Shown here one piece after another: positions 27,946 through 41,413 of a stretch of DNA of 64,000 nt. The stretch covers positions 172,355 through 236,354 of the forward strand of contig CAWKDT010000005.1 of assembly GCA_963848445.1 (NCBI GenBank), read 5' to 3'. Each line of letters starts with the position of its first letter. Positions within the stretch are counted from its first letter, which is position 1. A program made the translations under genes and the position numbers. Origin of the DNA: Candidatus Dormiibacterota bacterium (GTDB lineage: Bacteria > Chloroflexota > Dormibacteria > Aeolococcales > Aeolococcaceae). Under the pieces are notes generated by a model. The model was not told where the DNA came from. It saw nothing but the letters and a program-made list of their open reading frames with translations, and made no database searches.

Positions 27946-29157
27946 TCAGGCTCTCCCTTCCTCGCGCTTCAACTCCTCCCGGCCGATGATCGACAGGTGG
28001 ACCTCGTCGGGGCCGTCCATGAACCGGGCCGACCGCGCGTACGCGAACATCTGGGTGAGCGGCAGGTCCTGCGACACGCCGGCGCCGCCGTGCACCTGGA
28101 TGGCGCGGTCGATGACCGCGGCGGCCACGTTCGGCGCGACCACCTTGATCGCGGAGATCTCGAACCGCGCCCCGAGGCTGCCCTGCGTGTCGAGCAGCCA
28201 CGCCGCCTTCTGACACAGCAGCCGGGCCTGCTCGATCTCGATGCGCGACCGCGCGATCTGCTCGCGCACCACGCCCTGCTCCGCAAGGCGCTTCCCGAAC
28301 GCGGTGCGCGACTTGGCGCGGTCGCACATCAGCGAGAGCGCGTGCTCGGCGGCGCCGATCAGCCGCATGCAGTGGTGCAGCCGTCCGGGGCCGAGGCGCG
28401 CCTGCGCGATCATGAACGCCGTGCCCTCGTCGCCGATGCGATTGCTCTGCGGCACGCGCACGTTCTCGAGCAGCACCTCGCAGTGGCTCCCGGGATCGTC
28501 GAACCCGTAGACCTTGAGCTGCCGGACGATCGTGACCCCGGGCGCGTCCATGGGCACGAGCACCATCGTGTGCCGCTGGTGGCGCTCCGCCTCGGGATGC
28601 GTGACACCGATGAGCAGGATCACCTTCGCGTTGGGATGTGCGGCCCCGCTCGTGAACCACTTACGGCCATTGATGACATAATCATCGCCGTCGCGGTCGA
28701 TGCGCGTGGCGAGCTGCGTGGGATCCGAGCTTGCCACCGCGGGCTCGGTCATCCCGATGCACGAACGGATCTCGCCCGCGAGCAGCGGCTTCAGCCACGT
28801 GTCCTGCTGCTCGGGCGTGCCGAACTGCACGAGCACCTCCATGTTGCCCGTGTCCGGCGCGGAGCAGTTCATCGTCTCGGATGCGATCGCGCTCCATCCC
28901 ATGATCTCGGCGAGCGCCGCGTACTCGAGGTTGGTCAGTCCCGGGCCGAAGCGCTTGTCGGGCAGGAAGAGGTTCCACAGCCCGCGCCGCCGCGCCTCGG
29001 CCTTCAACTCCTCCATCACGGGTGAGATCCGCTGCGGGATCGTCTCGGCGGAAAACCCTTCCCAGTACTCGGGTTCGGCCGGGCGGACGCGCCCGTCCAC
29101 GAAGTCCCAGACCTTCTCGCGCAGCTCGCGCAGCCGCGGTGCCTCGGTGAAGTCCAT
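27946..29157 (-). CDS. Acyl-CoA dehydrogenase
   Basis: The start is MDFTEAPRLRELREKVWDF, with a typical ACAD layout (...GMTEPAVASSDPTQL..., ...QVHGGAGVSQDLPL...). RBS AGGAGG lies within the end of the upstream gene. Confidence 0.85.
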   Translation of the reverse strand: MDFTEAPRLRELREKVWDFVDGRVRPAEPEYWEGFSAETIPQRISPVMEELKAEARRRGLWNLFLPDKRFGPGLTNLEYAALAEIMGWSAIASETMNCSAPDTGNMEVLVQFGTPEQQDTWLKPLLAGEIRSCIGMTEPAVASSDPTQLATRIDRDGDDYVINGRKWFTSGAAHPNAKVILLIGVTHPEAERHQRHTMVLVPMDAPGVTIVRQLKVYGFDDPGSHCEVLLENVRVPQSNRIGDEGTAFMIAQARLGPGRLHHCMRLIGAAEHALSLMCDRAKSRTAFGKRLAEQGVVREQIARSRIEIEQARLLCQKAAWLLDTQGSLGARFEISAIKVVAPNVAAAVIDRAIQVHGGAGVSQDLPLTQMFAYARSARFMDGPDEVHLSIIGREELKREEGRA

Positions 29158-29159
29158 GC

Positions 29160-30215
29160 TCAGCCTCCTGCCCTCGAATGCCACCGCGCCAGCGCGTCGA
29201 GGCCACCCTCGACGATCGCCGGCACCATCTCCCCCATCGTCTCGAATCCCTCGCCGACGGTCATGCCCATGAGGAATCGCGCGGTGATCCCCTCGGCGAT
29301 GATCGCCAGCTTGTACGCGCCGAGCGCGACGTACCAGTCGAGCGCCGCCATGTCGCGCTCCGTCCCCGCCGCATACGCGCGCACGATGTCGGCGCGCTTG
29401 TAGAACCCGTCCTCGACGGTGATCGACCGTCCGTGCAGCGTCCGTGCAGAAGCCTCCGACTCGTCATCGGCCCAGTACACGCAGAGCAGGCCGAGGTCGC
29501 AGAGCGGGTCGCCGATGGTGCACATCTCCCAGTCGATCACCGCGACGATGCGCGCTGGATCCGCGGGCGCGTAGAGCACGTTGTCGAGGCGGTAGTCGCC
29601 GTGGACGATGCCGGCCGCAGAGGGCACCGGCACGGTCTCCTCGAGCCGGCGGTGCAGCGCCTCGATGCTCGGCAGCTCGCGCGTCTTCGACGCCTCCCAC
29701 TGCTGCCACCAGCGCCGCACCTGACGTCCGAGAAATCCCTCGGGATGGCCGAAGTCGGCGAGCCCGACGGCGTCCGGGTCGACGCGGTGCAGCTGCAGGA
29801 GCGTGTCCACCAGCGCTGCCGACATGGACCGTCGCGTCTCGAGTGAATCCGGGAACGCCTCGGGCAGGCGGTCGCGCACCACGTGCCCGTCGATCCACTC
29901 CATGACGTAGAACCGCGCTCCGATCACCGATTCGTCCTCGCAGCTCGCAATGACGTGCGGCACCGGGATGCCGGTGCCCTTCAGCGCCGCGAGCACCCGG
30001 AACTCCCGGCCCATGTCGTGCGCGGTGGGCAGGACGTGGGCGAGGGGCGGGCGGCGGACCACCAGCCGCCGGGCGCCGTCGTCGACGACATACGTGAGGT
30101 TGGACCGGCCGCCCGGGATCACCTCGGCCGCGAGCGGCCCCGCGAACCCCCCGACCCTGGGCCCGAGGTAGCGCTCGAGCGCCTCGAGGTCGAGCCCGGG
30201 GGGCGACGAGGTCAC
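29160..30215 (-). CDS. Phosphotransferase (APH/choline-kinase-like) family protein
   Basis: Motifs are IVHGDYRLDNVLY (catalytic loop) and AVIDWEMCTIGDPLCDLG. The GTG start overlaps the atpC stop (GTGA). Confidence 0.8.
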   Translation of the reverse strand: MTSSPPGLDLEALERYLGPRVGGFAGPLAAEVIPGGRSNLTYVVDDGARRLVVRRPPLAHVLPTAHDMGREFRVLAALKGTGIPVPHVIASCEDESVIGARFYVMEWIDGHVVRDRLPEAFPDSLETRRSMSAALVDTLLQLHRVDPDAVGLADFGHPEGFLGRQVRRWWQQWEASKTRELPSIEALHRRLEETVPVPSAAGIVHGDYRLDNVLYAPADPARIVAVIDWEMCTIGDPLCDLGLLCVYWADDESEASARTLHGRSITVEDGFYKRADIVRAYAAGTERDMAALDWYVALGAYKLAIIAEGITARFLMGMTVGEGFETMGEMVPAIVEGGLDALARWHSRAGG

Positions 30216-30634
30216 TGCGCGGGCGGGTGCCCGTGGCGGCGGCGCCGGACCTCGGCAACGCGCAGCCGGAGGGTCGCCCGCTCGAGCGCGGACGCGGCGT
30301 CGGCGTTGCTCGCCTCCTGGCTCAGCAGCTCCTGCGCGCGCCTGCGCGATTCCTCGGCCCGGGCCTCGTCGATGTCCTCGGCACGCTCGGCGGCGTCGGC
30401 GAGGATCGTGACCTTGTCGGGCAGGATCTCCAGGAAGCCGCCCGACACGAAGAGCACGTGCTCGGTGTCCTCGTTGCGCACGACCACCTCGCCGTTGCGT
30501 AGCGGGGTGAGCAGCGGGATGTGGTGCGGGAGCACGCCGAGGTCGCCGTCGATGCCGGGGGCGAGCACGAAGTCGGCCTCCTCGCTGAGGACGCGCCCTT
30601 CAGCGGTGACGAGTTCGACCTGGAGCTTCGCCAT
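30212..30634 (-). CDS. atpC: F1 ATP synthase subunit epsilon
   Basis: MAKLQVELVTAEGRVLSEEADFVLAPGIDGDLGVLPHHIPLLTPL, together with its position after atpD. Confidence 0.9.
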   Translation of the reverse strand: MAKLQVELVTAEGRVLSEEADFVLAPGIDGDLGVLPHHIPLLTPLRNGEVVVRNEDTEHVLFVSGGFLEILPDKVTILADAAERAEDIDEARAEESRRRAQELLSQEASNADAASALERATLRLRVAEVRRRRHGHPPAQ

Positions 30635-30639
30635 GCCGG

Positions 30640-33052
<2,413 letters not shown>

Positions 33053-33108
33053 GGCGCGTCAGCCTCGGTGCGTGGCGTGTGGTGCGCGCATCAGCGCGAT
33101 GCGAACGG

Positions 33109-34632
<1,524 letters not shown>

Positions 34633-34655
34633 TTAGTTCGTCGTCCTCTCTCTCA

Positions 34656-35186
34656 TTACGCGAGCGCTGCCTGCAGTTGCTGCAGGTGCGTGCGCAGGCT
34701 GTCGTCGATGACCCGGTCGCCGATGCGAATCACCAGGCCGCCAAGGATTGCGGGATCACTGTGGATTGCCGTCTGGACGTCGCTGCCGAGCTGGCGGCTG
34801 AGCGAATCGCGGATGCGCGCCTCGAGCGCTTTGTCGGCCGGCACCGCGGTGGTGACCTCGACCCGCACCACGCCGGACGCACGGTCCCTCAGCGCGTCGA
34901 AGTGGGCGAGGATCTCGCCGGCGATGCCGACACGGCGCCGCTCGATGAGCAATCGCGCGAGGTTGCGCGCCTGCGCCGACGCCCCGTCGAGCAGCTGCAT
35001 CCCGAGCCGGACGCGATCGGCGAGGCTCGTCTTCGGATTGGCGAGCGCATCGCGCACCTCGGGATTCCCAAGCGCCTGCGCAACCGCGGCGAGCTGCTCG
35101 CGCCAGCCCGTGATGTCACCCGCTTCCTGCGCAAGCGCGAAGTACGCCTCGGCGTAACGGCGGGCGAGGATGCTCGCGCGAACCAT
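34656..35186 (-). CDS. atpH: F1 ATP synthase subunit delta (OSCP)
   Basis: ARRYAEAYFALAQEAGD... and the C-terminal GGLVIRIGDRVIDDSLRTHLQQL. It sits between atpF and atpA. Confidence 0.85.
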   Translation of the reverse strand: MVRASILARRYAEAYFALAQEAGDITGWREQLAAVAQALGNPEVRDALANPKTSLADRVRLGMQLLDGASAQARNLARLLIERRRVGIAGEILAHFDALRDRASGVVRVEVTTAVPADKALEARIRDSLSRQLGSDVQTAIHSDPAILGGLVIRIGDRVIDDSLRTHLQQLQAALA

Positions 35187-35187
35187 C

Positions 35188-35721
35188 TCAGTTCTGCGGC
35201 GCCTTCGAGGCCGAGCTGTCGCCGACCTTCGTGAGCGCCTCGTCGATGAGGCGCTGATGCGCCTTGGTGTCGATGACCTCGCCCAGCAGCGACTGCGTGG
35301 CGGCGACCACGAGGCTGCTCACCTCCGCGCGGAGATCCTGGATCGCCCGGTCACGCTCGCCACCGATCTCGTTGCGAGCGCGCTCGATGAGCGCCTCGGC
35401 GTCGGTGCGTGCCTTGGCGATGACCTCGGACGCCTCCGCCGTCGCCTCCCCGTGGGAGCGGCCGATGATCTCGCGCGCCTGGGCGCGCGCCTCGTCGAGC
35501 GTCTGCTCGACCTGGACCTGCACCTTGGACAGGCGCTCCTCGGCCTCCTGCGCCGCGCGCAGCCCCGCCTCGATCCGGTTCTCACGCTCGGTCGCCGCCT
35601 TGATGATGCGCGGGTACGCGTATTTCCCGAGGATGAGGATCATCAGGATGAACGCGATCAGCTCCGCGAAGAACGTGCCGTTCGGCGTCAGCAGCCCGGC
35701 GTCGGCAACCACCATCGTCAC
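35188..35721 (-). CDS. atpF: F0 ATP synthase subunit b
   Basis: It has a single N-terminal TM helix (FFAELIAFILMILILGKYAY) followed by a long charged helix. Its operon position fits. Confidence 0.85.
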   Translation of the reverse strand: MTMVVADAGLLTPNGTFFAELIAFILMILILGKYAYPRIIKAATERENRIEAGLRAAQEAEERLSKVQVQVEQTLDEARAQAREIIGRSHGEATAEASEVIAKARTDAEALIERARNEIGGERDRAIQDLRAEVSSLVVAATQSLLGEVIDTKAHQRLIDEALTKVGDSSASKAPQN

Positions 35722-35727
35722 GAACCC

Positions 35728-35979
35728 TTACGCGCCGCCCGCGATGACGTAGATGAAGAAGAAGCCGAGCGCGAGATTGATGAAGTACATGCCTTCGACG
35801 AGCCCGATGATCAGGAACATCGTCACCTGCAGCCGGCCCTGCGCCTCGGGCTGACGGGCGGTCCCGGCGATGGTCGCGTTACCGGCGAGGCCGTCACCGA
35901 TGGCGGCGCCGATGGCGCCACCGCCGAGTGCGAGTCCGGCGGCGATCAGCGCCCCCATCACGATCAGTGCGTGGTTCAT
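35728..35979 (-). CDS. atpE: F0 ATP synthase subunit c
   Basis: [30 protein letters not shown]...[29 protein letters not shown], with the ion-binding Glu in helix 2. The start was re-placed at the ATG at 35979, which has a GAGGAGAGAG RBS. Confidence 0.9.
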   Translation of the reverse strand: MNHALIVMGALIAAGLALGGGAIGAAIGDGLAGNATIAGTARQPEAQGRLQVTMFLIIGLVEGMYFINLALGFFFIYVIAGGA

Positions 35980-35992
35980 GTGGTCTCTCTCC

Positions 35993-36811
35993 TCAACTCG
36001 TTGCGTGTGATGCAGCCCCGTGATGTCCCTCTTCCTCGAGACCCTCACGAGCCATGCCGAAATAGATGATGGTCAGCAGCATGAAGATGAACGCCTGGAT
36101 GGTGCCGATCAGGAAGACGTCGAAGAGCTTCCATGCGACCAGCAACACCACCCAGAGGGGCGTCGTGGCCGTCTGCACCACCGACGATCCGGCGAACGCG
36201 ACGTAGCCGAGGGTGAGCAGGAACACCATGACCAGGCCGCCGAAGATGTTGCCGAACAACCGGAGGGCGAGGCTCAACGGCTTCGCGATCTCCTCGATGA
36301 TGTTGAGCGGCGTGAACGCAACTCGTGCGATGAGCGGCAGCTCGAACGGCTTGGTGAACCGCCGCAGGTAGCCGCGGAACCCGAGCACGTGGACGCTGTA
36401 CCACTGCACGATCACGATCACCGCGATCGCCATCGCGATCGTGAGATTGATGTCGGCGGCGGCCGGCTCCACCGGCTTGTCGAGCGGGAAGAAGTCGAGC
36501 CAGTTGGCGAACAGGATGAACAGGAAGATGGTCGCCGCAATCGGTGTGACGAACCCGGCGTCCTCACCCACCATCTCCTTGACCAGGCTCCGGATGTAGC
36601 CGAGCAGCAGCTCCAGCACCATCTGGAGCTTGCCCGGCTTCCCGGTGCCGAGGCGGTGCGCAACCCCGAGGCCGACCGCGAGCGTGACGACGATCGCGAT
36701 GCCGCTGGAGATCAGCGTGTCGTAGTTGAAGGTGCAGAAGAAGGCGTTGCCGCACACCTGAACGGTCGGGTGCGTTCCCGGCGCCGGGATGAGCGAGGCC
36801 GCGACGATCAT
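35993..36811 (-). CDS. atpB: F0 ATP synthase subunit a
   Basis: The conserved region is [17 protein letters not shown] (essential Arg). The ATG overlaps the atpI stop (ATGA). Confidence 0.9.
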   Translation of the reverse strand: MIVAASLIPAPGTHPTVQVCGNAFFCTFNYDTLISSGIAIVVTLAVGLGVAHRLGTGKPGKLQMVLELLLGYIRSLVKEMVGEDAGFVTPIAATIFLFILFANWLDFFPLDKPVEPAAADINLTIAMAIAVIVIVQWYSVHVLGFRGYLRRFTKPFELPLIARVAFTPLNIIEEIAKPLSLALRLFGNIFGGLVMVFLLTLGYVAFAGSSVVQTATTPLWVVLLVAWKLFDVFLIGTIQAFIFMLLTIIYFGMAREGLEEEGHHGAASHATS

Positions 36812-37203
36812 GTGATCCGCAGCTGTTCACGCAGCGCGGCCGCGGCGAGGACCACCTGCGCGATGCCGAGCCCGAGGATGACCAGCCAGATGTTGGCCAG
36901 GCCGAAGGCGAGCCCGATCGCGATGCCGATCAGGCTCAGGGTCATGATCCGGAGCAGGCTCGTTGCCAGAAACGGGATCGGCAGGGCGATCAACTTTGCC
37001 GCCATAGCACCGTTGATCGAGCCGATCGCAAGCCCGGTCGCGAGCGCGCCACCGGGGCCGGGATGCCCCACAACGATGCCCACGATCGCCGCGATCACGG
37101 CCGCACCGGCGCACACGAGCGCGGCGTTACGCACCAGGCGCAACGCATTCGCGGCGGTCGCTGGACGCGGCGAAGCTCCTTCCGAGATCACTGCTCCCAC
37201 CAC
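36808..37203 (-). CDS. atpI: ATP synthase protein I-like membrane protein
   Basis: It has four hydrophobic helices (ALVCAGAAVIAAIVGIVV..., LATGLAIGSINGAMA..., LLRIMTLSLIGIAIGLAF..., IWLVILGLGIAQVVLAAAA) directly upstream of atpB. The start is uncertain (GTG at 37203 or 37200, after GAGG). Confidence 0.55.
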   Translation of the reverse strand: MVGAVISEGASPRPATAANALRLVRNAALVCAGAAVIAAIVGIVVGHPGPGGALATGLAIGSINGAMAAKLIALPIPFLATSLLRIMTLSLIGIAIGLAFGLANIWLVILGLGIAQVVLAAAALREQLRIT

Positions 37204-37273
37204 TGCCTCACTTGGACGATCAAACCGTCGCAACGATATCAACTGGACCTCTCCGCACGACCCGTCGGCGGGC

Positions 37274-37435
37274 TTATAGATAGTGCCGGAACTGGAGAAA
37301 CGCGGTGTAGCAGGCGGCCACGATGCCCGCCAGGAGCCCCACGAGGACGCCCGTCGGGCTCGTGTGCGCGAGCGCATCGACGCCGTACCCGAGCAGCAGG
37401 GGCACGATCAGGGCGACGGCGATGCTGATCCCCAT
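37274..37435 (-). CDS. AtpZ/ATPase_gene1-like small membrane protein (53 aa)
   Basis: My translation is MGISIAVALIVPLLLGYGVDALAHTSPTGVLVGLLAGIVAACYTAFLQFRHYL*. The G-Y-x-x-D motif after the first helix and the position upstream of atpI match the AtpZ family. It is below the ORF-track size cut-off. Confidence 0.5.
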   Translation of the reverse strand: MGISIAVALIVPLLLGYGVDALAHTSPTGVLVGLLAGIVAACYTAFLQFRHYL

Positions 37436-37482
37436 CCCGGCAAGCTCCCCCGGCGAGGGCGGGCGGGCCGGCCGCGGACCGC

Positions 37483-38631
37483 TCAGTCGGCCTCGCCGCG
37501 GTGGCGGACGTGGGTGGGGACGGAGCGGCGCCCCTCGACGAGGACTTCCGCGTCCTCAGCTGCGACGAAAGGGAGGCGCGGGACACGTCGCCGGTTGCGC
37601 CACACGAGCACGGCCAGCAGCACGACCAGAAGGCCGAGGGCGATGTCGATGATCGTCCGGTGCCCGTAGATGGTGAGCGCGAAGCACCCGAGGATCGCGG
37701 TCACGAGGTAGAAGGTGGCGGCCGTCTCGAGGGGGGTCATCCCCACCGCTCGGAGCCGGTGGTGCAAATGGCCGGCATCGGGCGCGGCGGGGCTCCGCCC
37801 GGCGCGAGTGCGCCGGACGATCGCGAAGGCGGTGTCGCCGATCGGGAGCCCGAGGGCGATGAGCGGGACGAGGATCGACAGGCCGACGACGATCTTGGCC
37901 ACCCCGAGGATCGTGATCACCGCCAGCGCCACACCGAGGAAGTGGCTGCCGGAGTCGCCCATGAAGACGCGCGCCGGCGGCAGGTTGTACACGAGAAAGC
38001 CGAGGCAGCAGCCCATGAGCGCGCCGCTCAGGATCACCACCCCGCTCTGGGTGTCGCCGGGCGTCTCGATCCGGTTGATCGCCGCGAGCAGGCAGACCCC
38101 GGCCACGATCGCGATGACCCCGGCCGCGACGCCGTCGGCGCCGTCGAGCAGGTTGACCGAGACCTGCATCCCCACGAGCCAGACCACGGTCACGGGCGCG
38201 ACCAGCCAGGTCAGGTCCCAGACCCCGGGCGAGTGCCCGCCCGGGACGGCGATGAAGTTGATCGTGATCCCGAGGAGGACTGTGAGCACCCCGACGCCCA
38301 CCTCGATCGCCAGCTTGGTCCGCCAGGAGAGGTCGAGGATGTCGTCGATCGCCATGGCGACCGTGATCGCCCCCGTGACCGCCAGCACCTGCCAGCGGTA
38401 CGTGATGCCCGACCCGAAGATCGCGACCGCGATCGCAAAGCCGGCGAACATGGCGATGCCGCCGAGCCGCGGGGTCGGCAGCGGATGGAGATGCCGGTCG
38501 GCGTCGGGCTCGGCGACTGCTCCGGTCCGCCTTGCGAGCCACATCGAGCCCGGGACCCCGACGAGGCATACCGCGCTGGCCACCAGGAACGGCGGGAGCG
38601 CCGTCAGCCAGGGCGACGAGGCGGCGATCAC
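37483..38631 (-). CDS. Glycosyltransferase family 4 / MraY-like polyprenyl-phosphate HexNAc-1-phosphate transferase (WecA/Rfe-like)
   Basis: Motifs are AMAIDDILDL, NLLDGADGVAAG and VFMGDSGSHFLG. The GTG start at 38629-38631 overlaps the glyA stop, so the longer ORF-track N-terminus is spurious. Confidence 0.75.
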   Translation of the reverse strand: MIAASSPWLTALPPFLVASAVCLVGVPGSMWLARRTGAVAEPDADRHLHPLPTPRLGGIAMFAGFAIAVAIFGSGITYRWQVLAVTGAITVAMAIDDILDLSWRTKLAIEVGVGVLTVLLGITINFIAVPGGHSPGVWDLTWLVAPVTVVWLVGMQVSVNLLDGADGVAAGVIAIVAGVCLLAAINRIETPGDTQSGVVILSGALMGCCLGFLVYNLPPARVFMGDSGSHFLGVALAVITILGVAKIVVGLSILVPLIALGLPIGDTAFAIVRRTRAGRSPAAPDAGHLHHRLRAVGMTPLETAATFYLVTAILGCFALTIYGHRTIIDIALGLLVVLLAVLVWRNRRRVPRLPFVAAEDAEVLVEGRRSVPTHVRHRGEAD

Positions 38632-39944
38632 GCCGTCGCGGTACCCCGGTAGGGCAGCGGGAATCGCCGGCAGAGCGCCAGGCTCCGGTCGCGGACCTCT
38701 GCGCGCACCGCCGGGTCGTCGAAGCCGCCGAGCATCCGGGCGACGAGCGCCGCGATCTCGTCCATTTCCGGCGCGCCCATGCCCCGGGACGTGACCGACG
38801 GGGATCCCAGCCGGATCCCGTTGGGGTTGTACGGCGTCCCGCCGTGCCCCGGGAAGGCGTTGGCGTTCACGGTCACGCCGACCTCGTCGAAGGCCGCCTG
38901 GACCGCCCGGCCGCGCAGGCCGGACGGGCGGAGGTCGATCACCATGAGGTGGTTGTCGGTCCCGCCCGTCGTGAGCAGGAGGCCGCGGCTCATGAGGCCC
39001 GCCGCGAGCACCTTGGCGTTGGCGATCACGGCGTGAGCGTAGTCGCGGAAGGCCGGTTGCGCGCACTGCTTGAACATCACGGCCTTGGCCGCGATGGCGT
39101 GCATCTGGGGGCCGCCCTGCACCCCGGGGCACGCCGCCTTGTCGATCGCGTCGGCGTGGGCGGCGCGGCAGAGGATCACCCCGCCCCAGGGCCCGCGCAT
39201 GGTCTTGTGGGTCGTGAACGTGACGAAGTCGGCGTGCGGGACGGGGCTGGGATGCGCCCCGCCGGCGACCAGGCCCGCGAAGTGGGCCATGTCCACCATG
39301 AGCAGGGCGTCGATCTCCCTGGCGATCGCGGCGAAGGCGGCGAAGTCGAGGATGCGCGGGTACGAGCTGTATCCCGCGACGATCAGCTTCGGACGGACCT
39401 CGAGAGCCCGCTGGCGCACCTGCTCCATGTCGAGGACGCCCGACTCCTCGTCGACGAAGTACGGCTCGAAGTGATAGATCTTGCCGCTGAAGTTCACCGG
39501 CGAGCCGTGGGTCAGGTGGCCACCCTGGTCGAGCGCCATGCCGAGCACCTTGTCGCCGGGGTTGAGCACGCTCGCGTAGACCGCCATGTTCGCCTGCGTC
39601 CCCGAGTGCGGCTGCACGTTCGCGTGCTCGGCGCCGAAGAGGCTCGTGGCGCGGTCGCGGGCGAGGTTCTCGACCTGGTCGACGATCTGGCAGCCGCCGT
39701 AGTACCGCTTGCCGGGCACGCCCTCGGCGTACTTGTTGTTGAGCCAGGAGCCGAGCGCCTCGAGCACCGCGATCGACGCGAGGTTCTCCGAGGGGATGAG
39801 CTCGAGGGTCTCCTCCTGGCGCTCCAGCTCGAGGTCGAGCAGCGCCGCGACCTCGGGGTCGGTGGCGCGCAGCGCGGGCTTTTCGACGAAATACCCGGCG
39901 CCCGCGGTGGCGCCCGGATGGATGTCGACAGGTGTGCTGGTCAC
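38628..39944 (-). CDS. glyA: Serine hydroxymethyltransferase
   Basis: ELIPSENLASIAVLEALGSWLNNKYAEGVPGKRYYGG and the PLP-lysine motif TFTTHKTMRGP. The GTG start overlaps the tsaC stop. Confidence 0.9.
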   Translation of the reverse strand: MTSTPVDIHPGATAGAGYFVEKPALRATDPEVAALLDLELERQEETLELIPSENLASIAVLEALGSWLNNKYAEGVPGKRYYGGCQIVDQVENLARDRATSLFGAEHANVQPHSGTQANMAVYASVLNPGDKVLGMALDQGGHLTHGSPVNFSGKIYHFEPYFVDEESGVLDMEQVRQRALEVRPKLIVAGYSSYPRILDFAAFAAIAREIDALLMVDMAHFAGLVAGGAHPSPVPHADFVTFTTHKTMRGPWGGVILCRAAHADAIDKAACPGVQGGPQMHAIAAKAVMFKQCAQPAFRDYAHAVIANAKVLAAGLMSRGLLLTTGGTDNHLMVIDLRPSGLRGRAVQAAFDEVGVTVNANAFPGHGGTPYNPNGIRLGSPSVTSRGMGAPEMDEIAALVARMLGGFDDPAVRAEVRDRSLALCRRFPLPYRGTATA

Positions 39945-40558
39945 AGCGATCTCTGCCCCTCCGTGCTGACTGACGGGAGATCCCCCAACAGCGAGGTCAA
40001 CACGCCGGCGGGGATCGGGCCGTCGCGAAGCACGCGGGGTTTGGTGGACGTGCAGTCGATGATAGTCGAGGCACGTCCGGCGGAGCGACCGCCGTCGAGT
40101 ATGGCGTCGATCTCGCCGCCGAGCGCCGCGGCGGCTTCCTCCGCGGTGGCCGCGGGCGCCTCGCCGTGCCGGTTCGCGCTCGTCGTCGCGAGCGGTCCCG
40201 TGGCGCGGAGCAGGTCGAGCGCCAGCGCGTGGTCCGGCACGCGGACGCTCAGTGTGTCGCCGGCGCGCGGGATCGCCCAGCGGCGCCGGCGCAGCCTGCT
40301 GACGATCGACAGCGGGCCGGGCCAGAACGCGGCTGCGAGCGTCCGCGCCGCCTCGGTCAGCTCGACGTCCTCCTCGACGTCGGCGAGCGACGCCGCGAGC
40401 ACCGTCAGCTCGAGGCCCTCGGGGCGGCGCTTGATGGCGTAGATACGCTCGACCGCCGCGGTGTCTCCGGGGAGGCACGCGAGCCCGTACACGGTGTCGG
40501 TGGGGATGGCGACGACCCCGCCCGCGCGGATGGCGGCGACGGTCTCGTCGAGCGTCAC
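39941..40558 (-). CDS. tsaC: L-threonylcarbamoyladenylate synthase (YrdC/Sua5-domain, short form)
   Basis: GGVVAIPTDTVYGLACLPGD, FWPGPLSIV and LATTSANRHGE. The GTG start overlaps the prmC stop. Confidence 0.8.
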   Translation of the reverse strand: MTLDETVAAIRAGGVVAIPTDTVYGLACLPGDTAAVERIYAIKRRPEGLELTVLAASLADVEEDVELTEAARTLAAAFWPGPLSIVSRLRRRRWAIPRAGDTLSVRVPDHALALDLLRATGPLATTSANRHGEAPAATAEEAAAALGGEIDAILDGGRSAGRASTIIDCTSTKPRVLRDGPIPAGVLTSLLGDLPSVSTEGQRSL

Positions 40559-41412
40559 GGCACCACGACCTCGACGACACGCGCGCGCCCGGCGAGGTCG
40601 TCGATCTGCACCGTCGTCGCTCCCGGCAACGCCTCCTCGAACAGCGAGGCGACGGCGCCGGCGCGCCGCGGATCCACCTCGAGCAGGATGCGCGCCGCTT
40701 TCACATGCTCGCGGACCGACGCGAGCAGCGCCCGGTACGCCTCCATTCCGTCGTCGCCGCCGAGCAGCGCGCCGCGCGGCTCGAAGTCGCGGACGTCGCG
40801 ATCGACGGCGTCCAGCTCCGCGGTGGTCACGTACGGGGGGTTGCTGACGACCAGATCGAAGCGCCCGTCGAGCGAGTCGGCCCACGAGCACTCGACGAAC
40901 GCGACCTCGACGCCGAGCCGCTCCGCGTTCGCCCGGGCGACATTCAGCGCGGCCCCGCTCACATCGGTTGCGATCACCTCGAGGCCCTGCACCTCCGCGG
41001 CGAGCGTGATCGCGATGCACCCGCTCCCGGTGCCGAGGTCGGCGACGCGCATCGCCGCGCCGTCGCCCGCCCGGAGCACCGCGAGCGCCCGCTCGACGAG
41101 CGTCTCCGTCTCCGGCCGCGGGACGAGCACGTCGCTGTCGACGCTGAACGCCCGCCCGTAGAACTCCCGCGTGCCGGTGATGTAGGCCACCGGCTCGCCC
41201 TTCCCGCGCCGGCGCACCAGCTCCCGGATCGCGCTGAGCTCGCCCTCGTCGAGGGGGCGGTCGAACTGCAGGTAGATGTCGAGGCGGCGCAGCCCGAGCG
41301 CCTGGGCGCAGAGCAGCTCGGAGTCGAGGCGGGCGGACGTGCTGCCGTGATCGCCGAGGTACGTCGTGCTCAGGCGGAGCACGTCGATGAGCGTGGGTGG
41401 GGCGGACGCCAC
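40555..41412 (-). CDS. prmC: Release-factor glutamine N5-methyltransferase
   Basis: DLGTGSGCIAITLA (SAM-binding motif) and VVSNPPYV (NPPY). It sits directly after prfA. Confidence 0.85.
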   Translation of the reverse strand: MASAPPTLIDVLRLSTTYLGDHGSTSARLDSELLCAQALGLRRLDIYLQFDRPLDEGELSAIRELVRRRGKGEPVAYITGTREFYGRAFSVDSDVLVPRPETETLVERALAVLRAGDGAAMRVADLGTGSGCIAITLAAEVQGLEVIATDVSGAALNVARANAERLGVEVAFVECSWADSLDGRFDLVVSNPPYVTTAELDAVDRDVRDFEPRGALLGGDDGMEAYRALLASVREHVKAARILLEVDPRRAGAVASLFEEALPGATTVQIDDLAGRARVVEVVVP

Positions 41413-41413
41413 C

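Noticed and set aside
38632-39132. N-terminal extension of the wecA-like ORF (549-aa version), and likewise the 650-aa version of glyA (39945-40580).
   Set aside because: The extensions overlap the upstream genes in another frame and are low-complexity. GTGA-coupled GTG starts give products of canonical length.
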